The notes under the pieces are model-generated. The model did not search any database and was not told where the DNA came from. It saw only the letters and a list, made by a program, of their open reading frames with translations. From positions 74,060 through 138,059 of the forward strand of contig CBFFRP010000184.1 of NCBI GenBank assembly GCA_965644295.1: a stretch of 64,000 bases of DNA. Reading direction: 5' to 3'. This document shows positions 44,601 through 58,447 of this stretch, one piece after another (the first letter of the stretch is position 1; each line of letters starts with the position of its first letter). The DNA is from Paraphysomonas bandaiensis (Eukaryota > Protista > Chrysophyceae). The translations under genes were made by a program, and so were the position numbers.

Positions 44601-47600
44601 GCCATCTTCTCCGACATCTGTGCAGAAACCATCACTGTCAGATACGGATCCACGACTCTGTGCAGCCGCTTCAAGTTCTTCGTCCCAGATATCATCGCAG
44701 GATGACGAACCAGTATCACCATCATCTGGCTCTGGCTCATCATTAATCATGTCCCTGCTACAATCATTCTTCTCATTCTCCTCAATTTCCATCTCCTCTT
44801 TCACACTCTCTTCGTCTTCAGATACAACATTCTCGTCATCTTCCACTGGCTCGCCTTCCTCTTCTACCACCTCATCCGTAAACAATAACTTATCCCCTAT
44901 CGCCACTTTCAACTTGTTCTTATAATCCAAGAGTGTCGGAGGTTTGCTGTCTCCAATATTTTTGAGAACTTCAGCATAATCAGCAGTTGTTATTTCATCC
45001 ATAGAGTGTCCATTCTCAATGAACGCCGGTGTAGCGATAGCCTTGTAGGACAGCGCCAAAAGGACGGTAACCCAATCTTCACTCCGCATAGCGAAACTGC
45101 CACAGCGAGAGCTTATCACTGATGCCGCTCGACTGATAACGCGAACCCTATCATTTGTAGTGATAAGCCTATGGGCGCGAGTTGAGAAAGTCTGATCCAC
45201 ACAGCCCGGTAGAGCAGAATGAAACGAAACCCATCCCTCGTAAGCCCTGCACATTGCCGCCACCGCGTCATACTCCCTGTAGGTATAGCCTGTGGGAAGA
45301 AGCGGGGGAGATGCTGGCTTGAAATTCGGTGTCATGTCAGGTGATTCCATATTGCCATAGTAATACCTAAATAAGGCACATGAGATGTTTTTCACTAAAT
45401 TTCGATAGCCTTCAAGCATATATACCACCGGACAGTTGCGCTTAAACAGAAACAGCACAATTACTTACGACAAAACATCATCCAACACCCAGACGACAGT
45501 CCTTGCGGTCCCCCTTCCGGTAACATGGTTTGTACTCATATGGGGGATGTCTTCTATAGAGTACCCAAACTCGATATGGTACTGTAGGAACCACGTTATG
45601 TCTCCTTCATCCTCTGCGACACAAGGGGTCTCTTTTTCACAGCGGGTACCAGCAGTATCGCTGTTTGCTGCCGTTGTGTACACATGACCGACTTTGCATT
45701 TGGGCTTGTGTCCTTCTTTGCGGACAATACCGACAACCCTGCCAATCTCTCTGTCATTCACAGGAGATGATGGGTTCCATACTAACGCATTCCTGGCGAA
45801 ACATAAATTTAGTTATGTTCTAGGCCTACATTCCAAAGAAACTAACCTGAGAGGGTGAATATGTTCTACATGTCTTTCTTCAACGCAACATGGACAGAAC
45901 CACTCACCACGAGGAGGGGCGTACATGGGTGGGGATAGACAGTCCATATGATAGGGGGCATCGCAGCGATCACAAAGGACCGTACGCGTCCCGTCATTCT
46001 CATAAGTTGATCGACACACAAGACAATTGTCTGACCGATCAATTGGTGTCGAGATATTCAATATACATTCGTAAAACATGCGCTCAAATACGCAGATGAG
46101 CTTCATGGTTGACTGAGAGAGCTGGGTGATGTCAGTGTTGAAAGCGAGTGCATTCTGGAAAACCAGCATAACATCCCTATGCACACAGCAAAATATTTAA
46201 AATCTGAAATATAGACATGAGACATCACACCTGTAGAAATCGACAAAGCTGTCGCCGTACTTTCCAGTGACCAGATGCTCCCGAACGTCAAGTAAACACA
46301 AAGGGTTTCTTATCATATCTAAGAGGTACATGCCAGTAAAAAATCGTTGTATATAGCGATCTTGCTTAACACCGTACCGTAATAGCCCACAACAGTAGAC
46401 GCATCAACTGGACTGTTGAACTGCTCGGATAGAGGGTGACTCATCAGATTCTTCAGCATCGCATAACATCTGAACCCAAATATTATGAAAGATTAATGTA
46501 AGCGTATAGTCGATATTATACCCACCTTTGAGTCACAGCTGATAACAAATTCACCTTTTCCTGATCAGAATCAGTAGTCTCCGACTTCGACATACTCAAT
46601 ATCTCCCCAGAATCTGGAGTCATTTGTTACCATGTCTGCAAACACTATATCTAATATAGCACCATACCATTTTTTTCCTGCTTCAAGGATTGATCACTGC
46701 TTTCTTGGGAGAGGCCAGCCGAACTGTCATCACTCGATTTCTGTTTCTTCCTGGGATCATAGATGGGTAGTGCCACGGGATTCCAGCCACGGGACATGAG
46801 AGTATCATGAACCATCAGGGGGGAAACAGACCCAATCCACCCGGCATCTAAACTGCACAGATCAGTCATTGTGCTGGACATCTCCACAGTTCGACCCGCT
46901 ATGTCTTTCCCAGTCCACTCATACAAACCTTTTCCCACCGAGCCGTCATTTTTTGCGAGGAATTCATTAATGTATGCAATGCTATATGCATGAGGCACAG
47001 GAACACGTGAAATGTCTTGGATGCATTGGATGGTGGCGCGATCAGCGCTAATGTTAGAATTCTTAACCAAGCAATGAAGAATTAGTAGCAGTACACTGCG
47101 AAGCTGGTGAAAGTGGTCACCACTGGAGCACTTTATGCTCAAAGCATTCTTAAGCGACTTCAGTGCAGTTAGATACATTTCTACACCGCGTTCCGTCTCC
47201 AGTATGTATACTTCTAAAAGATTCACACACATTTGTGCTGCAATAATCACATGCGAGGAGAAGAATTCTTGGTCATTATATCGTCCTAGTTGCAGGAGGT
47301 GGTAATACAATTCACACCAGAGGAGAACTATCTGCGTGCTGGTGGATACCGACGCACTCGTGCGGAATGGAATTTTCGTAAAAGTGCTTGGTGTTGGTAA
47401 TCGCACAACAAGGCCACTGGATATCTCCCGACCCAAATGAGTGTACATATTTGGACAAAGAGTCTCGCGTGCAGGACAGTTCACCATAGTGGATGCACCT
47501 TGAGTTTGCTTCCAAATACTTTGCGAATAGCGAAATAAAATCCGTCTGCGAATTAATCGTAGGGACCTTTTGTCCCCGATATCTGGTGCTGTGGTGTGTC

Positions 47601-50249
47601 CTCTCCCACGCAGTGTTGTCATAGATTCAAAATCACTCATTCCAAACTGCGAGCACAAAGTGTGTGTCAGAAGGACCCGAGCGATTTCTTTCCATGTCAA
47701 CACGTTTAGCTCCACTCGATTATCTCCGAGAAACTGCTCCACACTCTCAAGTGTCATAATTTTGTTGAATTCTGGCATAAGTGGTTTACACAAGGCCATC
47801 CCTACTTTGCTTAGCAATGCCTCTGCATCACTTCGAGAAGGAATTTGAGGCGAGGAATCGATAGATGTGCACCCAATTGCCCCTCTCGCTCGTTTGAGCA
47901 TATGCTGTAAGTGCATTGTTGGTGGTTCGCAAGCACTGAGAGAATTCTCAAGACCTTCCTGGGACGGTACACCTGCAAGACAGAGTGGTTTGCAGAAGGA
48001 TATTAAAAATAACCACAATTCTAGGGACTGCCCAAAAATTCTTTCTCCAAGATGCAATGGACGTCCAAGGGGAGATGCAAGTACTTTCATATCTGTAGGC
48101 CTTCTATCTGCAGATACGCTTGAATTTGAGAGTACAAGGTCTTTTTCTGGTGGATTCGATGTCTCTCTTTGGGGGCTTGGTGGGGTATTTGAAGCTTTAC
48201 TCATGGTAGCAATTTCCTCTTCTTGTCTCGCAAGAATCTCCAGTCGTAGCCGGCTATAAATACGCCGCGAGTTCATTGCCTTCATTTCTTCATCTCGTAT
48301 TGTACGCACATACTTCTCTAGCTCTTTGGCTCGAAGCTTCCGTTTCTGCTCCGTCATCATACGCTTGAGTCGATCTTGTCTCTGTTCCTCTCGAGACTTT
48401 CTGCGCGACTCAACATCATCACTTCTTCTCTGAAGTCGTTGTCTCTCCTGTTCAATCAGCAGCAGCCGAGAAGTATTCTTAGAAGCAACTTTATCCAGTA
48501 CTTTGACCTTCTCATTCATATCAATCAGATTCTTTAATATGACACGTTTCACAGGCTCCGAGCTGCGAGAGTCAAGAAACTGATACATGGCACTTTCCTC
48601 TGACCCAGACATGCCCTCGACCATACGCAGGATGCCAACATCCATAATACTATCCACACTCTCCAAGCCCAACCGCGGCTTGACGGGATTGAGAGTACCA
48701 TTACTCTGAGACACAATATGACATTTAAGATATGCGATGACAGCAAATTAACACGGTACCTGTCCAGAACTTAGAGCTCGCATATGTAGCCTGCGCACTT
48801 CCATGAGTTTAGATCTCAGTGTCCTTTCTTCATCATCCATCTCCTCTGTTGGCCCCGCTGCAACTGGAGTTGCCATGATACCACCAATACCCCCCTCAGT
48901 GTCCGTTACACTATCCTCATCCTCAGGAACTTTTGCACTCAGGCCGCCATCTATGATAGTTCCGCTTAGACCCACACTTTCCAGCATAACACTTTGCCAC
49001 ACCAGTTGCGGAGTTTTGCCTTCATAGACACGGACTACCTGACGGCAGCGACTACCCACTTCCCAGGCAACGGTGATACGGAACACCGGTCGTAAATCTG
49101 CCCTTGCCTTCGTGTCCATTTCATCATAGGACACACGACTACAGTTTGGGTCACTATGTGATACACAATCAATCTCACAGAGGCAATCCACTATCCTGTC
49201 CAATATGGTATCATGCTCCTGACGAATGCACTTAAACCCAAGAGGAAACAGGTGAGCATGATTGTGAAAATGACAAGAAGGAATTATCCTGCCCCAATCA
49301 AGGACGGTAGTATTGCCATAAGAATAGTAGTTAGTCTTGTCAAACTCCTTCTCCCCGTCACCGTCAGGATCATGAGGGATATTCGCCGGAGTACCGTCTT
49401 CCCCATTTCGAGGGGTCTCTTGATACCGTTCTGTATCGTCTAACTGCATGGAGACATCGAAGGATTCGGATCGCGCTTTGGCTGGAGTAGTTGAAATCGA
49501 CTCTCCTGAGCATCTGGCTCGGATTCGATCCCCATCTTTAATAAATTCCACAATAGACTCAGGCTTTGGATGTGAATATAAAATTTCCGATATTAGAAAC
49601 CTTTCGCGGGTTTCTACTGCCAGCATAGCATGCATATATCGAGGCATTGCTCTCACTGCTCTTGTGTAGGGTAGTATATTGAGCGCCATTGCTACATCCA
49701 CGCGTGTACGGTATTTGCGCCCTTTTCGATTGTAGTAACAGATATCAAGAATACCCTTCGCAGGTCCTCGACAGAGTCCAACAGCCTATTATCTAATTTC
49801 AGATAAATATATAAAAAAGAAGAACTTACTTTTACTTTCCAGTCGTGACGCACATCTTCCTCAGGATCGTAAGTTGCAAGAAACTCCATCAAACGATTAT
49901 AAAAGAACTTCCCAGCAGCAGAATCATCTTGCTCCCCATCACCATCAAATGAATCTTCATCATCAGATCCTTCATCAAAGTCCTCATCATCTAGTTCATC
50001 GGTCTTCTTATTAGCGTGCTCTGTAACAGGAGTGTCTGCAACACTGCTCGCATTATCATCTTCTGTGTCATCGTTATCCGCTACTGTGCTTCTCTCCTCC
50101 CCTCCATCTCCATCTCCATCCCCTCCCCCTTCCTCAGTATCAACATCAGAGTAATAATCATCATCGACATCCATGTCATTGTTATCGCTGTTGCTGGGGG
50201 GGTAGGAACGATCCTCAGACATGTCCGACACACTCCGGTGTACATCCAT
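41631..50249 (-). CDS. Large chromatin reader/scaffold, MBD9/BAZ-like: MBD-like + FYRN/FYRC + DDT-like + bromodomain + PHD + WHIM/WSD + Tudor-knot
   Basis: MBD-like DWKVK|...DICYYNRKGRKYRTRVDV. FYRN YGNTTVLDWGRII...HLFPLGF. Bromodomain HPLSEQFNSPVD...GYY|DMIRNPLCL...DVMLVFQNALAFN. PHD CLVC...LCDRCDAPYHMDCLSPP...WFCPCC. WSD LGYDRNGNVYYVF. Tudor-knot YKVRFIGWGTEYDTWV. Confidence 0.85.
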
Positions 50250-50686
50250 TATATCCTCTCTATAACCCTCCCACGATATACCGCCAAAGCATCTGTCGAT
50301 TATCTGAGGGCGCAGTTAGCCGGATGGTAGTGCGTGTTGTGCTACACTGCTGTCTGTGTGCTGTACTGCTGCTCTCCTCTGCCTCTGCCTGCACCTACCT
50401 GTACGTGCACCTGCTGTGTATGTATGCAGGGCTCCTACATTCTACATTCTATACCATTCTATGCCGCACTCCATGGAAGGAATACTGCAGTATACACTGT
50501 ATTATATTACTTAGGTCGAGATGGCAGCACACTCGACTACAGTGTATACGGTGTAGTGGCCTGCTGTGTATCTGCAGAGATGCAACCTCCGACTGCTGCT
50601 GGAGCCTTTGATCCTGAAGATGCTTCAACGACACTCTGGATGAGTTATTAGGATTAGTTTGATGTGTTAGCGAGCAGCATACAGGC

Positions 50687-52923
50687 ATGTGGCTTCTAAG
50701 GGTGCTGTGCATGGTATGGCTGTGTTGTCATATAGCCGCAAACGAAGCTGAATATCGAACGACACACAATTCGTGGAAGAATCTTGCATTGAAACCTGAT
50801 GAATTTGAGAGCATTGTTCCATTCAACATGTCTCTCGTGACGCCGGGATACGAGGTTGCACGCATACTGTGTAAGTCTATTGAAAGTGAAAGTTATGAAG
50901 GTTGCTTGTTTCGTGCAATGCAAAGCCACCGAACTTTTAGATTAGAGGAGCTCAATGATATATATAATGGTAAACTTGCAGATATTGATGACTATAGCAG
51001 GATACTAGCACTGTCGTATGGCATTGAAAGTGTAAATTCAACGGAGCCTATTGACGTGTGTTTCTTTGGTGCAGTATCTAAACAATTGATATTGTTTACA
51101 CTAATGTCCTCCACTGCTTATAACATAAAAATAGCAAATGGATATTTGCCAAACGACATTCAATATTTTTTGTACTACATGAGACACAAGTTTCCAGGAC
51201 GACAGATACAGTGGATTCCAGGTAAGGCCACCATTTATACTAGATGGAATTAGAGTGTACGTATGCGTAGGTGATGTGAGGAGCTGGATTCAGCCACCAG
51301 CATATGCAAAGTGTAATATAATCTATATTGATGAACCGACCGCTCATACCCTTCCAGCAAGGGGGACATCCGTATTTCCCACCCCCTTCCAAATGCCCTA
51401 TGATACAGGCAGGGGTGCCTCGGGTACACAGGAGACAGCCGTTATCATTCTATCTGCTGGTGTGTCTAATATTAGTGGTATGGAGGAGGTGATACGAGAA
51501 TCGTTTTCAAATATCGGAGTTGGAGTTGACTGGAGGCTTCACACATTAACAGCCAATATGGCCTCCCTGGAACATGACATTGACTATGAAGGTATCTACT
51601 ATTTACGTTGTGTCACATTTTGTGGTGTGCTAGTGTGTTATTCTTCAGTGTGATTTTGTCCTGATAGAAGTACGATTAGGTTTTGCGTATCGAATGATGT
51701 GGGAAAATGAATCTGATGGACTCTCGCATATTCGTGTTGGAGTTATGTCAGTTGAAAATTCATCGACTGGCGTACATATGGATGTCGTAGGAAATGATGA
51801 CTCTCAGTCGTACCACCCGTGCTCTCCATTGCGCATTGTAGTGACATATAATAATCGATTCTTTCATGAAACCGCCGTTGGGCTGAAGCAAGCCTTGATC
51901 CGCATTGGATTCGGCGATGAGGAGGTGGCTGTCTGGGGGGATATGCATTATGCCCTTGCCCCAGAGTACTCCTTTCGATGCACACCCGTGCTGCAGATTG
52001 CAATTGCACCTCACGAGGAGGCAATGCTGTTACAACACTATGTAGTATTGCACCTAGAACAGAGTTGGAGTCGTTTCATGAACTCTTCCAGATACCATCT
52101 GATTCTAGTTAATGCCAGAGCTGTGTGGACGTTTTCTCATCAGCATGATTCTTTAATTGCATCTCTTGGTGTCGATCCTGCTCATATTTTTAAAATTCCT
52201 TTGTATCTGGACCGTCATTACATGGAAGAGTCGACAGCATTGCATATGGAAAATCGTGTCGAGCCCAACAATATTACTCTTAAGGATTTGGCAATATTCG
52301 GCTCTTATAGCTCTAGAAGATATGATTTCTTGAAAGAATTACAACACCAATTTCGTGACTATGATGGTATTATTCAAATTAGTGGAACTCTTTCTGGAGT
52401 TTCTAACTCTTTCATGGGCCGTCGAAGAGATAGGCTTGTCAGAAATTCGAAGGTATTTAATACCTATATATGAGCGCATGTATCATAATGTTTATTAGAT
52501 TGTGCTTAACGTACACGGTCAAAATACATCAGCTCTAGAGGTAACTATTGATAAACAGGCTTTGTTTTGTTGAAAGCGAGCTTATGATTATTCTAGGTAC
52601 ACAGACTGAATTATTTGCTATCAATGGGTGCGTGTGTAATCAGTGAACCGAGTGTGGACAAGGAATTAGACCGAGAGGTACCACCTTATGCTGTAATCCA
52701 TTGCATCTGACATGACTGTCGCTTTTAGTATGATCAAGCAGTGGTTCTGGCCGCATTAGACGATTTTGCCAATGTCGCCATACAATTGCTTAGGGATAGA
52801 GAGACCAGATATAAAATCAAGAGGCACGCTGTTCATTTTGCCCGCAATATATTAGACAATGTAGATCCATTGAAAACGGCGCTAACGTACAGTTTATATA
52901 GAATGAGTGACACACTCTTGTAG
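50687..52923 (+). CDS. Secretory-pathway protein with C-terminal glycosyltransferase-like (GT-B, Glyco_trans_1-like) region, multi-exon
   Basis: Signal peptide. Spliced C-terminal FGSYSSRR...RNSK|IVLNVHG...ALE|VHRLNYLLSMGACVISEPS. Confidence 0.6.
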
Positions 52924-54368
52924 AATGATATCTATTGTTACCTCAAGTCATGAGGTTTTGTAGTCCTCATTTAAGCACGAATGTTTACAATGAAAATATT
53001 GTTTTAGAATCGAAGAGTTGCCAAGCATCCCAAACACCTACAAACGCTCATGATATTCAAACACCTCATTTTAATAATACGAATACTATTGTGACATTGT
53101 GACTGAATAAGGAATAAGGGGTATACTACTATAATTTAGTGCTTTCTACTATCTACATAGGGGCTCCCAATTACATGTACAAGAATACATAAAAAGTAGT
53201 AGCTAGTAGATTTTACGAAGTAGTAAAATAGCTTGTGACATACGGAGCGACGTCATAAGTAACGGTTTGTAAGTAGTAAAGTATTAGATATCAGATGCCA
53301 ACCCAGAGAGGACTTTTGCGGCCTAACAGTTGAAGTCAATTGCTAACTTTTATCATTTTTTGAAGTTACAACTCTAGCTTGTTGACAAGATGACGGGTAG
53401 ACGTAGTAATAGTTCTGTCTAGAAGGAAACATTCCTATTCTTTCGTGTTTGCCGAAATATCAACTGCAAAGGTAAAATTTAAACATCATTACTGCATTTG
53501 TCATATTACATTAGATATGACGGAAAGAGAAGATATAAAACAAATCAACCGTAAAAATATTGTCATTAACAATATCGTAGACTCATAATAATAAATTTTC
53601 TTGAATTCAAAATTAGAATCGTTTCAAAACTTCTCTCACTAGCAATTACTATTTGAAGTCAAGGATCTTCGTTTCGTTTATACCTGTGTTCGTCTACTCA
53701 CCGGTGTTGCCTTGGGACTCACTCTTCTGTGATCATTTCTAATATACTCCCAGAGAAGATAACGACTCCGCTGTGATGTCAACCACTGAAATTTTCATCT
53801 CTATACTAAATTCAGCTCTGATTACCTCCCTTGGCCATCTTCGTCCTTATGTCTCTATAAAGAACAAGGCTACACAGAGACACAGAGTAGAGAGCGCTTT
53901 CTCATCCCACGTTAGCAAGTGCGGAATACACAAACCCGGAACACTCTAATAACAAATTTTATAATCTACTGCTGCATAGAAGATAACCATTCCACTTCTT
54001 ATATATTGCTTGAAAACAGAAATCGATCTGAAATTTCATACTTTTTGTCATCATCCCATATTCCACTTCTCATCTTCACTTCATCTATCATATGTCTCAT
54101 AGAACACATTAACACAAGCATTGGCACACATGCATATGATGCACAAACCCATAAAGTATTATACCTTAAAATACTGTACCCACTCGAACAAGTTTAATAT
54201 CTATGACAGTCTGGTACTTAATATCAATAAAATAATAATTAGTTAGCTTATCAAAGTAAAATGATCCTTCAATGTTCTTGCAGATCATAACAACATCTTT
54301 CTAAGAGCCGCTGTTCACTTAATACAAATATATATAATGCATGTATACGCTTAGCTATTTACACAACA

Positions 54369-54794
54369 TCATGGAGACAATTCTGCCAACCTGCAAATAC
54401 GTTAATCGATATAGACACAGGGTGTTAGTGAATACCGTTTCTCTAGCTTCTCTCTTTCTTGCTTGACTTCTTCTAATATAGCCGGAGAGTCCTGCAGCAG
54501 GACGTTCATTCGGATCTCGTGAACTTGATCAAGAAGACTCTCACAGGAGTAAACCTGCAGATGTCAGATACCGCTTTAATAGATATAACATACTCACAAT
54601 ATTGGCACATGCAGCCTCTAATAGAAGTTGATCATGAGGAGCCACCTCTTGTCGTATCTGTGTGTGTGTTATTGTCAGTGTAGCATGAGGACACACACAC
54701 ACACCTGCGCTTGCTGTAATATAGTTCGATAGTTCTCCAGAAGCCTCCCGACATTAGAGTCAAGTTTCTTTTCAAATTCCATGCGCCTCTCCAT
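54369..54794 (-). CDS. MED22: Mediator complex subunit 22 (Srb6), four small exons, not shown in the ORF track
   Basis: Spliced MERRMEFEKKLDSNVGRLLENYRTILQQAQ|IRQEVAPHDQLLLEAACANI|VYSCESLLDQVHEIRMNVLLQDSPAILEEVKQEREKLEKR|LAELSP*. All introns are GT-AG and the pattern matches the Med22 family. Confidence 0.75.
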
Positions 54795-55194
54795 GCTGAT
54801 AGAGCAGTATCACCTCCCCCCTGTGTCTCTCTCATTCCATACATGCATCTCATGCATGCACATAGAGCAGACCGGTATACGTACACGTACACGGCGGCAC
54901 AGGTCGAAGCGTTGCGGTATACCTCTACAGTACAGTACCCTACATACTCTCTTTTATCCTGTACTTACAGAAAGTCGTACAGTACATTCGCCTCAACGGA
55001 AACAGGTGTTCTCACTGTACCGGTAGGTTCTGTGATGTACTGTTGTACCTCCAGATACACCAGTACAGCAGGCAGAGGGGCCCAATATATCAGAATTAAT
55101 TTGAAACCTCTGCACACTCTCTCAGTCTCTCTATGTGTATAGCGATGAAACAACTCATCACAACACACGCTTTCACAATGAGGTGTCATGAGGC

Positions 55195-56729
55195 ATGACT
55201 GACATATCTTTCAATCAGAGTTTAGACCGTCTAAAGGAGTCGTTCCTGTGGGCGGCTGCACAGGGAGGGAACACAGAGGACTGTGAAGGGCTCATTGAGA
55301 TAGGAGCGGATGTCAACTGGAAACATACAGATGGGGACTCTCCTCTATTAGCTGCGTGTCGAAGAGGTCACACTGAGACTGCAGAGACGCTGATTGTTCA
55401 TGGGGCAGATGTGAACACGCCAGGGGCAGACTCTCTCTGTCCGATTCATGTGTGCTGCTTAAGAGGTGACTACGCAACACTGAATGTTCTTTTATCTGCA
55501 AATGCTTCGCTGACCGTGCGAACGAAGGACGGGAGGACTCCGCTTCAGCTTGCGGAAATGAAGGGCCATGAAAATATATGCAGTCGCCTCACTCAGGTGA
55601 TCGCTGGACCATCTACACAGTCAGTGGCATCTGATAATGGAATCCCATTTACGGATCGTGCCAGACGCATCATCGATCGGCCCTCCTCCCGATCCACCCG
55701 ACCACTACCCTCGATTTCACCCTCCAACACTGGTGATATGACGGAGAGTTCACAGAGACAATTATCAGCTCGATCTACGGCTTCTGGAGGAGATAGCCAG
55801 GCCACTGGTAGGTCTACATCTACCACTTCCAGCTCTCGTGACACCCCTTCCGCAGATCCGGCGGATGTCAGTGCTCCACGGAGTCAGTCAAGAGGCGCTA
55901 CCCAATTCTCCCGTTCCACGTCCACGGGTCAGACCTCTACAAACAACACGCAGTCTGGTAACGGCCTACCTGTCCCTCTACGACCTCTTAACGCCCTCCC
56001 TCCTCCAACCAATGCCTCCACCACAGGAATCAAACCAAACTACCAGATACTTGGTCCACATTTTGCTCCAAATCACGACGAAGCTAGCATCGCTCTTCGC
56101 CGCCAGTTGGATATTGAGCAAAAGGACAAGAAACACCTCGAAAATCAGGTACTCTGTATTATCGTAATAGGTGGGGATTACTAACGGTAGCTGTGGGAGA
56201 TAGGTGCGTATATTAGGAGAGGAGGTATTAGAGCTTTGCAATCTCAATACCCAGTTGTCCGATAAGCTGGAGGAAATGCACTCAGAGAATGCAGACCTCA
56301 CCCAACAACTTGCACTGCTCAGTGGAAGTACGGTGGAAAAGTTTGTCACTGTTGCTGAGTGCGAAGAGGTAGAAAAGAAGCTGAAGGCGACGCTACAGCT
56401 GGTAGAACGGAAAAAGGTAACTATGTTTGAGAGATCCACCTATCACTGCGTAATCACAATTATATCAGACTGCAATTCTGGCCAAGGAGGTGGAAAGCTC
56501 GAAGGAGCAACGTTTGTGTGTAATTTGCCAGGTCGCTTGCTGTTTGTATACTTGTATCTGCTCATGTTATGTATATATATGCATGCATTTTCAGGAAGGA
56601 GAAAAGAGCGTGGTGCTGTTTCCTTGCCGACATATGTGTCTCTGTCAAGATTGCTCCCAGCACGAAGACCTTGAACACTGCCCACTATGCAGAAGAACTA
56701 TCGTGCAGCGAATTAGTGTTTTCTCATGA
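55195..56729 (+). CDS. Ankyrin-repeat + coiled-coil + C3HC4 RING E3 ubiquitin ligase
   Basis: Three to four ankyrin repeats (GADVN...GDSPLLAAC..GH), an S/T-rich linker and the spliced RING CVICQ|EGEKSVVLFPCRHMCLC..C......CPLCR. Confidence 0.9.
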
Positions 56730-57362
56730 ATTGTTGTCTCTATTTTACAATGGACTAGTGATGGTTGTATTATATATTATGTATAATAGCTGTATGAGAA
56801 ATGCCTAGAAAAACACGTCCGTACTATTTTACTTTATTATTTAATGCTTCTAATTATTCGATACAGACATTTTAGGTGTATATGGAAGTCATATCGAAGA
56901 TGTGGTAGGTTTCTTTTCTTTAGGGCTTTACACACGACAACGAAATTATGTTAACAATTTGTTTATATCATGTTCTGTATACATCATTACTCTGTCCTGC
57001 GACCTTTCTACTCCAGAGTAAGAACATAACAACGTTTTGTATCAACGCTATAAGTGTTAAAGTTTGACCTTAGGATGATATACTTAAGAAAGTGAACAAA
57101 GAACCCTTTCAAAATTCATTATTAAATTGTGTTTATCATTTCTTGTCATTAATTATTTTGAAGTCGTCACTTCTATCAACCAATATTAGTGACCTTAGAT
57201 GCACGCGATTTTATATTTTATACTGTCAATATATTGCGTAGAAATTGAGTATAATTGAAACCTATCATATAAACTTAATTAGCACTTAGAACCCATAAAC
57301 ATGTACTTAGAACATCTAAGACGATATATGCCACGTCATCATGCTGAATTCATGAAATAAAA

Positions 57363-57600
57363 ATATATTGAAAGTCTTGTTATTTACAACTGGCGTTAAA
57401 AACTCGTGCCAATATAGTGGCTAGTTGAATGCTAGACATACTAGTTAGACCTCTACCCATAACTAGTCAGCACAAATTCTATTATCCTACTATTTAGCGC
57501 TACAGAAGCTGCTTGTGCGTCGCCGCAAGCACCAAGGTGCGACCACTTCCGTTCTTAATGTTGTTTGTGAGTTTCGCCCTGCTTGTGTGTCTTAGGACAC
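57363..57600 (-). mobile_element. Structured dispersed repeat, type B tail
   Basis: The reverse complement aligns with 35442-35683, including the core GGAAGTGG..GCACCTTGGTGCTTGCGGCGACGCACAAGCAGCTTCTGTAGCG. Confidence 0.85.
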
Positions 57601-58082
57601 TATTGATAAATACATGCATGCGTTTCCTCTGTGTAGTATAATAACTATCAAAATCAACTATATTCTCAAAAACCTTACACACATAGTAGCGGATGGTAAT
57701 TCCCAAGCTGAGTCTTCAGCATCACCTGTATCTCCTATTGAGAAAAGTGAAGCACACTCACTAGCCATCGAGTTTAATGTGCTATAATTACGTATATGCT
57801 TTTGTTGTACATTATTATACTGCATTTATAGTCGCATCAGTGCTATGCATGCACCTCCCTCACTATATACATAACACACCACAGTCACCATTTCATACAG
57901 ACATATATTATATATATGCTACTACATATGTGCGGCCTTTTATGCTGCTGTGGTGTTGATTCTAATCTAGTTGCAGATATAGAAAGTATTAGACATCAAC
58001 AAAAAGCATATTTTTGTATATCCATACCTTGTATCATCCATATGATGGGGAATACTAAAGTCAGGTGTTATGTGTAAATACC

Positions 58083-58154
58083 TCCCGATGAAATCTCTCC
58101 GCTACTTATCCCCCAGAATACCACAAAAAGGTCTGCGTCCAACTTTGATGAGGG
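58083..58154 (-). mobile_element. Type A repeat 5' head fragment, inverted
   Basis: The reverse complement CCCTCATCAAAGTTGGACGCAGACCTTTTTGTGGTATTCTGGGGGATAAGTAGCGGAGAGAT matches the first ~70 nt of the copies at 5807 and 58448. Confidence 0.75.
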
Positions 58155-58447
58155 CAGTTTTGGAGGAGTTGGTTGAATATTATCAACAAATGAGTGGCAA
58201 CAATATTAAATAAACTTGATATAATTATAGATTATAGCCCAACGTTGTTTTACTGCGACAATTATAATTGCAAGCGCTGTTGAATTTCAACTCTTTTCTC
58301 AAAGGTATGCTTTATCAGGCTTCCGTAATAATTAATTGGTGAGAGGTATCCAACAATATAATTACTATTATTCATCAAGTGTCCAATTTGAGGCATTGGA
58401 AAGCAGCTTTCGTGACGAGTTGTAAATTACATATATATAAGAAGTCC

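Noticed and set aside
41734-50330. Numerous short antisense or alternative-frame ORFs overlapping large genes
   Set aside because: Shadows of the real coding strand with no recognisable motifs; the same applies to similar ORFs across the window.
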